Translations under genes and position numbers: made by a program
Part shown: positions 58,280 through 64,000 of the stretch, piece after piece
Layout: each line of letters opens with the position of its first letter
Position numbering within the stretch: position 1 is the first letter of the stretch
The notes under the pieces: generated by a model
Databases searched by the model: none
What the model was told of the DNA's origin: nothing
The model's input: only the letters and a program-made list of their open reading frames with translations
From: a bacterium
Lineage (GTDB): Bacteria; Electryoneota; Electryoneia; Electryoneales; Electryoneaceae
Assembly (NCBI GenBank): GCA_963669175.1
Contig: OY769902.1
Coordinates: forward strand, 1,056,001 to 1,120,000
Length of the DNA: 64,000 nucleotides
Reading direction: 5' to 3'

Positions 58280-59773
58280 TTACTTCAAGCGACGTCGAAT
58301 CGCGGCTTTTTCATCCTCGGCAGCGATGTAACCCCACCAAATTATCGGCAGTAGAACAACCACCGCTACACGTACCAGCCAGACAACCGAAATCACAGCT
58401 AACGTCGGGCCGTGTGCGTCCATCAGTGCATCTTCAACTGTGATCGCAACCCCAAACGCCGCGCCTGTACTCAACACAATGCGTCCGATACGTTGCCATT
58501 CATACGGTACCGGGTACTTCGGCGCGATATAAGCGTACATCAGGCCCGCCATCATCACGAAGCTCAATACGGTCAACCACGCGCTGGCCATGTAACCGTA
58601 AATCGGGATCAGGAAGTAGTTGCCGACAATGTTCACCACCGCCGCGCTGCCGATCACGACCGGAATAATCAGCGTGCGTTTCTGGATATACACGCCGACC
58701 ATGAAGTTGGCGTAGACACCGTTGAAGATATGCGCCAGCATAATGATCGGGATGACCTGCAAACCAGCCCAGTAGGGTTCCGCGATCAAGACACCGATGC
58801 CCGGGATGTGCATTTTCAGCAAATCGCCCAGCATCAGCGAAGCGCCCAGCCAGATCAATGCAGTGAAGGCCATGTAATAGGTGAGCACACGTGCGAACGT
58901 CTCTTTCGAATCCGCATCCTTGGCCGTCTGCAGGAAGAACGGTTGCCAGGCAAAACGGAATGCCTGGGCGACCATGTTCATCAGCATACCGACACGATAC
59001 CCGGCAGCGTAAATCCCCGCCTGGTCCACGCCCATCAGCAGCTCAACCCATTTCCGGTCAGAAAACTCCACCGCGTAGAAGAACAGCATTGATGGCAGGT
59101 TGGGCAGCCCGAAGATCAGCCACGGTTTCACCAGTGACCAGCTCCAGGTCAGACGGATATGCTTGATCACGACGAAAATCAAGGCCAGCAGGGTGACAAC
59201 CGAGGTCCAGAAAAAAGCCCAGAACGCACCCAGGGCGCCCATGTGCAATGCGCCGACCAGGTAAACATTCAAACCGATATTGACAACGACATTCGAGAGT
59301 TTAAAGATGGAAAAGGTGATCGCGCGATGCTGAATGCGCAGGTAGCCGTAGATGTGGTAGCACATCGTATCCAGCAGCATCACCAGCGCGGCCAGTTGGG
59401 CCATGGTACGGATGTCGATGCCCTGGGCATCCTTCACCACAACCTGTGCAACCGGTTCTGCGAACAGGAAGAGGAGAGTGGTGATAATTCCGCCGAATAG
59501 TAACGTATGCACCAGCACCGCGCCAAGATTTCGCTTCTGGTCCTTCAATTCCGCGTCGGCAGTGAAACGTAGAAACGCGATGTCCATGCCCTGGATATAG
59601 AAGGGCTGCACGACAGCGACGAGGATCATGAACAGCGTGTAAATCCCATACTCGGCCGGGGTCATAAGGTGAGAATAATAGGGCAGCAAAAGGAACGCGA
59701 CTGCACGAGTCAGGATGGTCCCGACCCCGTACAACGCCGAATCCTTCACCAGGTTTTTGATTTTTCCGAACAC
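58280..59773 (-). CDS. Polysaccharide/O-antigen flippase (MOP superfamily)
   Basis: FLLLPYYSHLMTPAEYG, about 12-14 TMs, SDRKW, GIYAAGYR. Confidence 0.9.
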   Translation of the reverse strand: MFGKIKNLVKDSALYGVGTILTRAVAFLLLPYYSHLMTPAEYGIYTLFMILVAVVQPFYIQGMDIAFLRFTADAELKDQKRNLGAVLVHTLLFGGIITTLLFLFAEPVAQVVVKDAQGIDIRTMAQLAALVMLLDTMCYHIYGYLRIQHRAITFSIFKLSNVVVNIGLNVYLVGALHMGALGAFWAFFWTSVVTLLALIFVVIKHIRLTWSWSLVKPWLIFGLPNLPSMLFFYAVEFSDRKWVELLMGVDQAGIYAAGYRVGMLMNMVAQAFRFAWQPFFLQTAKDADSKETFARVLTYYMAFTALIWLGASLMLGDLLKMHIPGIGVLIAEPYWAGLQVIPIIMLAHIFNGVYANFMVGVYIQKRTLIIPVVIGSAAVVNIVGNYFLIPIYGYMASAWLTVLSFVMMAGLMYAYIAPKYPVPYEWQRIGRIVLSTGAAFGVAITVEDALMDAHGPTLAVISVVWLVRVAVVVLLPIIWWGYIAAEDEKAAIRRRLK

Positions 59774-59816
59774 GCTCGTTACTACCCTTTGCTAAGGTTG
59801 TTACACGCTATGACTA

Positions 59817-60182
59817 TTGGCCCCGAACGGCTTGTCCGGCGGGGTTTATTTTAATTCGATAACGGAGTAAGTCCTTCAGTTGTTGATCACTTATCTCCGT
59901 CCCGATGCGCTACACGTTTCATTTGAATTTGAACATCTATCTCCGTATCCAAAGCGATGACTGATTTTTTGCTTCATCACGTGCGGATCGGGCCACCCGT
60001 CTATGTATCTTTATTAAAATTAAATAGTTAGCTTGAGGTGGCATTATATTATTCCGTTTGACAATACGATCAGTCTTTCATCCTGATTATCCATCCTATC
60101 CTGTCCACCCTATCCTGTCCATCCTGTAAATTCACTTATTCTTTATCCTCGAAATCCTATTACCCTATCATCCTGTGAGTCA
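59817..60182. repeat. Mosaic: REP doublet plus ATCCT arm (same order as 56130-56609)
   Basis: ttggccccgaacggcttgtccggcggggtttatt; cccgatgcgct...gtgcggatcgggccaccc; ...atcctgtgagtca. Confidence 0.8.
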
Positions 60183-60183
60183 T

Positions 60184-60990
60184 CTACAAATTCTGTGAGA
60201 GCGGAACCCGCACGACACGGAAGCCGAAGTGCCACCACCCAGAGAGGGGATCGGAGCCGGTACGTGCTGTGGTACGGCAAGCTCCGGCATAATCAGCCCA
60301 TCCACCGCCACGACGTACACGGAACTGTGCGGGTGGATGTTCCCACGCGCTGCCATCATTCGGCGCACCTTCATAGCTTGCGTACAGCCAGTCACGGCAC
60401 CATTCGGACACGTTCCCGTGCATGTCGTACAATCCCCATGCGTTGGGCTGTTTCTGTGCGACCGCATGCGCCTGACCGTCAGCGTTATCAAGGAACCAGC
60501 CCTGTCGAACCAGGTGCGCTGTGCTGTCGCCGCCGTGGTAGACGTGTTCACTCCCGGCCAGGCAGGCGTATTCCCATTGCGCTTCTGAAGGTAACGAATA
60601 GCTATGGGTGGAATCCATCATTTGCAGGCGACGGATAAATTCTTCCGCGTCGAACCAGCTTATCCCTTCCACAGGCAGGGCCGCATCATCACCTGAACCG
60701 TGTGTCGCGGAATCCATGAGCGCACGCCACATGCCGACGGTGACTTCAGTGGTCATGATTTCAAAGGAGGGCAGGGAGACATGGTGCGCGGGCGCTTCTC
60801 CAGGACCGAACGCGTTGGAGCCCATGATGAACTCCCCGTCAGGCAGCACGGCAAAAGTCATCCCCGGAAGCGGGCCGGGCCGGGTTTCAATCGGCGGCGT
60901 GGAGCTTCCGAAATGAAAACATCCCGGCAGCAGACAAATTGCGCTGCATGCCAGGATTGAAAGTGCAATGGAGAAACGTGTGATAATCAG
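60184..60990 (-). CDS. Formylglycine-generating-enzyme (FGE-sulfatase) domain lipoprotein; start uncertain
   Basis: FIMGS, TEVT, LPSEAQWEYAC, PNAWGLYDMHGNVSEWC, RGGGW, GFRVVR. The frame is open upstream to 60990 and encodes a signal peptide with lipobox LPGC. Confidence 0.88.
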   Translation of the reverse strand: MIITRFSIALSILACSAICLLPGCFHFGSSTPPIETRPGPLPGMTFAVLPDGEFIMGSNAFGPGEAPAHHVSLPSFEIMTTEVTVGMWRALMDSATHGSGDDAALPVEGISWFDAEEFIRRLQMMDSTHSYSLPSEAQWEYACLAGSEHVYHGGDSTAHLVRQGWFLDNADGQAHAVAQKQPNAWGLYDMHGNVSEWCRDWLYASYEGAPNDGSAWEHPPAQFRVRRGGGWADYAGACRTTARTGSDPLSGWWHFGFRVVRVPLSQNL

Positions 60991-61007
60991 TCACCTGCCA
61001 TGTTTGA

Positions 61008-62348
61008 CTAGCCCACCTTGACAATAAGATAATCCTTCTTTCCCTTGCGAAGAATAATGGTCTTCGAAGGAAGCAGGTCCGCCGAAGTCAGCAGACGTTC
61101 TTCTGCCTGACGCTCGTTATTGACATACATGGCGCCCTGTTTCAGCATACGTTTGGCTTCACCCTTGCTCTTCAACAGACCACCATCGGCCACGACATCA
61201 ACCAGGGAAACACCTTCTTCCAGCGCGGACTGTGAAAGCTCAAACTGTGGCGCAGCGGCAAAGATCTGACGTACCAGGTCACCGTCCAGCTTTGTCAGGT
61301 CTCCGGCGTACAGGGCTTCCGCGCCGAGCTTCATCTTGTCCGCCTGCTCTGCGCCGTGAACCATGGCGGTGACTTCCCACGCCAGCCGTTTCTGGGCTTC
61401 ACGCTGTTCCGGGTGCTCCTGCACCTGCTTTTCCAGCTCGGCGATCTCGGCCATCGGGAGGAAGGTGAACAGTTTCAGCAGCTTCACCACTTCCGAGTCC
61501 TCACGACGGATCAGGTACTGGTAGAAATCCCAGACACTGGTGCGTTCCGCGTCAAGGAAAATCGCGCCCTTCTCGCTCTTGCCGAACTTCTTGCCATCGG
61601 CGGAAGTCAGGAGCGGGAAGGTGAGGCCGTACGTCTGTTCCCCACGCTTCGTATCACTGCCACCAACCTCTTCGCCGAGCGACTGCCACAGGGTATCATC
61701 CGCCTGGAAGCGACGGATCAGGTCGATCCCGGAGGTGATATTGCCCCACTGGTCCCCACCGCCGACCTGGAGACGGCAGCCGTGACGGGCGTTTAACTGC
61801 AAAAAGTCGATCGACTGCAGGCACATGTAGCTGAATTCTGTGTAAGAGATGCCCTGGGAACGGTCTTCCAGGCGACGCCTTACACTCTCCTTGGCCATCA
61901 TGGCGTTCACACTGAAATGCTTGCCGTACAGGCGCAGGTAACGGATCAGCGAGATATCCTTCATCCAGTCATAGTTATTGACAAAGGTAACGCCTTGTTT
62001 GTCGCCTTCATCTTCTTGGGGAAGCAGCTTGCTCAGTTGCTTGCGCTGGCCTTCCACGTTGGCGAACAGGGCTTCTTCGTTGAGGAAAGAGCGTTCCTGG
62101 TCCTTGCCCGAGGGATCGCCGATCATCCCGGTTGCTCCGCCCAGCAGGGCGAATACCTTGTGACCGGTCCGCTGAAAGTGCATCAGGCCGAGAACCGGAA
62201 TCAGGCTTCCCAGGTGCAGACTGTCAGCGGTGGGGTCAAAGCCGCAGTACACGGTTTGCGGTGTGTTGACCAGCTCGCGAATGCCCTCTTCATCGGTAAT
62301 CTGCTCGATGAACCCACGTTCTTTCAGGATGTCGAATACGTTTTCCAT
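61008..62348 (-). CDS. tyrS: Tyrosine--tRNA ligase
   Basis: YCGFDPTADSLHLG, GGGDQWGNI, KFGKS, C-terminal S4 domain. Confidence 0.97.
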   Translation of the reverse strand: MENVFDILKERGFIEQITDEEGIRELVNTPQTVYCGFDPTADSLHLGSLIPVLGLMHFQRTGHKVFALLGGATGMIGDPSGKDQERSFLNEEALFANVEGQRKQLSKLLPQEDEGDKQGVTFVNNYDWMKDISLIRYLRLYGKHFSVNAMMAKESVRRRLEDRSQGISYTEFSYMCLQSIDFLQLNARHGCRLQVGGGDQWGNITSGIDLIRRFQADDTLWQSLGEEVGGSDTKRGEQTYGLTFPLLTSADGKKFGKSEKGAIFLDAERTSVWDFYQYLIRREDSEVVKLLKLFTFLPMAEIAELEKQVQEHPEQREAQKRLAWEVTAMVHGAEQADKMKLGAEALYAGDLTKLDGDLVRQIFAAAPQFELSQSALEEGVSLVDVVADGGLLKSKGEAKRMLKQGAMYVNNERQAEERLLTSADLLPSKTIILRKGKKDYLIVKVG

Positions 62349-62834
62349 GATGCTGTCCGTTGGTTAACTGTTTCAATCGCATGAGAGTACGTTATCTGGA
62401 TCTCAAGTGCAAGCCATCCGGTCGAGAGGATCGTGTTCTTCCGGTCATTCCAGTAAAAATCACGTCACCCGGTTGTTTTTACCAAAGTTGAAGTACGCGC
62501 GTGAGTTTTAGCAACAGGTATGATAATATCCGGCATAACCTGCAAAAAATAGTAACTCATTGTACCACTACAGTCTCCTCACCTGATAGAGGATTTTCTC
62601 GATTTTATTGTTTTGGCCGGGGTGGAGTCATAGTGGAGCATTTAAACTTCAAGTAGACGATTCAAGAACTCTCAAGCAAGAAGCGAGGGAAGGTTCAAGT
62701 TGAGTCAGGTTTTGCTTCCCACTCGCGTGAAAGTCAAGGTATACTTAAAGTAGACGACGAGTCAAAGTTGTTTACCCCGATGAAGAAAAACTTCTTGTTT
62801 GCCGATAAAGAGAGTAGACCAAGCAGGAGGTTTC

Positions 62835-63059
62835 ATGGCAGCGAAGCAGGCAAAAGTGGATTACGCATTGTGTTCGGGTGTAGACGGACACGTTGCGGCA
62901 CATCGTTTCCGGGACGGGAAGATGCACCACCCCGGCTCCCACACACTTTGCCCGGCCTGTCGTGAACTGACACTTCGCCTGTTCAGACAGGAACTGGCTC
63001 GTCAACTGGCGCGGGACACTCAATCCCACGTGAACGGCATTCCGGTTCCTGCTGCATAA
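62835..63059 (+). CDS. 74-aa hypothetical protein, possible zinc finger
   Basis: RBS aggagg before ATG; C...SHTLCPAC motif; followed by a terminator. Confidence 0.65.
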   Translation: MAAKQAKVDYALCSGVDGHVAAHRFRDGKMHHPGSHTLCPACRELTLRLFRQELARQLARDTQSHVNGIPVPAA

Positions 63060-63108
63060 TAGAGTTTGAGCAAGGGCTCCGTCTTCGGTCGGTAGGCCTG
63101 GGGAATAG

Positions 63109-63140
63109 ACGCTGCGGCGTGAGCAACCGCAGCGTTTTTT
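63109..63140 (+). terminator. Intrinsic terminator
   Basis: acgctgcgg/ccgcagcgt stem plus a T run. Confidence 0.8.
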
Positions 63141-63167
63141 CGTGCCCTGAAATGGCGAAAGCTCGCA

Positions 63168-63410
63168 AGAATTTACAGGATAGATAGCAGGTATTTACAG
63201 GATAGACAGGATAAAAAGGATGTTAAGGATAAAAAAACGAAAGAATTAATTTTAAATAATTTAGTATTGTTGAAATATAATATTGATATATATAATATGT
63301 TAGTAACGCAATATAAATAAATAATTTATTGCTTTTCTTCTTTATCTTTTATCCTTCTTTTATCTTTTTATCCTTGGTATCCTTACTATCCTGTTCATCC
63401 TGTAAATTCT
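63168..63410. repeat. AGGAT-periodic palindromic element overlapping the transporter 3' end
   Basis: Perfect 14-bp termini agaatttacaggat / atcctgtaaattct, with a very AT-rich unique centre. Confidence 0.85.
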
Positions 63411-63999
63411 CTACTGAAGCTGGTTCAGTAGCAACCGACTCAGTGTCAAGCGGATCAGAGGTATCCGCGATCAGGATTTCTTCGCCGGCATGCAGGAACA
63501 GCACATCGTTCAGCTTATTGAAGCCACGCAGGTACTCCCCCTGATCCTTCTGCAACTTTTCGACAGAGAATCCCGTAAGTACGAGATCCGCATCTTGCGA
63601 AATCTCGCAAGCCAGGGCGTCGAACGGTTGATCCGGCGTATGAGGAACAAGCTGCACGTTGCGCAGGGAGATGGGAATACGTCCTTCCTTGATCAGTTTA
63701 TCCAGGCGGTGAACCCGTTTTCCTTCCTCGTTCGGGTTATAGGTATCGAAGACCTTGATTTCGGCGTTTTTCCACTGCGGGTGCGCCAGCAGAATGTAAG
63801 CCAGCAGGATCATGAGGTTCGTGTTCTGGTAATCACCGGGCCGCAGCCAGATGTGAATTTTTCGGTGATATCCGAAATTTCGTTCCGATGAACGCAGGAT
63901 GCAGATATTCATCCCCGCGATTTTCGCGAAGGTACAGCCATCGACAATATCCATCAGGCTCTGGTTCAGGTCCTCCTTGTCAAACTCGAACAGGATGGA
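63349..63999 (-). CDS. SLC12/cation-chloride-cotransporter-like amino acid permease, C-terminal part (5' end outside the window)
   Basis: IHIWLRPGDYQNTNLMILLAYILLAHPQWKNAEIKV and SQDADLVLTGF resemble the prokaryotic CCC C-terminal domain. The frame stays open to the window edge. Confidence 0.75.
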   Translation of the reverse strand, partial: SILFEFDKEDLNQSLMDIVDGCTFAKIAGMNICILRSSERNFGYHRKIHIWLRPGDYQNTNLMILLAYILLAHPQWKNAEIKVFDTYNPNEEGKRVHRLDKLIKEGRIPISLRNVQLVPHTPDQPFDALACEISQDADLVLTGFSVEKLQKDQGEYLRGFNKLNDVLFLHAGEEILIADTSDPLDTESVATEPASVENLQDEQDSKDTKDKKIKEG

Positions 64000-64000
64000 G

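Noticed and set aside
60184-60330. FGE/CLec C-terminus as a diversity-generating retroelement variable region
   Set aside because: The fold is a known DGR target, but I saw no template repeat or reverse transcriptase in this window. A remote template cannot be excluded.

Overview
This is core chromosome of a diderm bacterium, most likely FCB superphylum (inferred from a T9SS C-terminal sorting domain, a TonB-type receptor and a lipid A acyltransferase). About 50 CDS are supported. They include the rimP-nusA-infB-DUF503-rbfA-DHH-truB-ribF-rpsO-pnp cluster, gltX, tyrS, gcvT, ndk, a glutamine synthetase-family gene, sensor kinases, a CHASE2 adenylate cyclase, a BlaI/M56-M23 pair and ccoG. I found no rRNA, tRNA, CRISPR array, transposase or integrase. 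The most unusual signal is non-coding: most larger intergenic gaps are mosaics of about six distinct, reused palindromic or periodic repeat families. These are REP/REPIN-like doublets, AGGAT-periodic inverted arms with a conserved TGAYTCACAGG-like terminus docked at stop codons, and AAAGTT 8-mers. They are stacked in similar order, nested in one another, and in one case recruited into a coding sequence. Other leads: a low-GC STAND-NTPase/TPR gene plus an antitoxin remnant bounded by 12-bp inverted repeats; a stand-alone XylR_N/V4R sensor coupled to a 62-aa partner; a small secreted protein ending in TWGSLKALFR; and two genes that seem to need non-canonical start codons. All calls come from reading motifs by eye; no searches were run.
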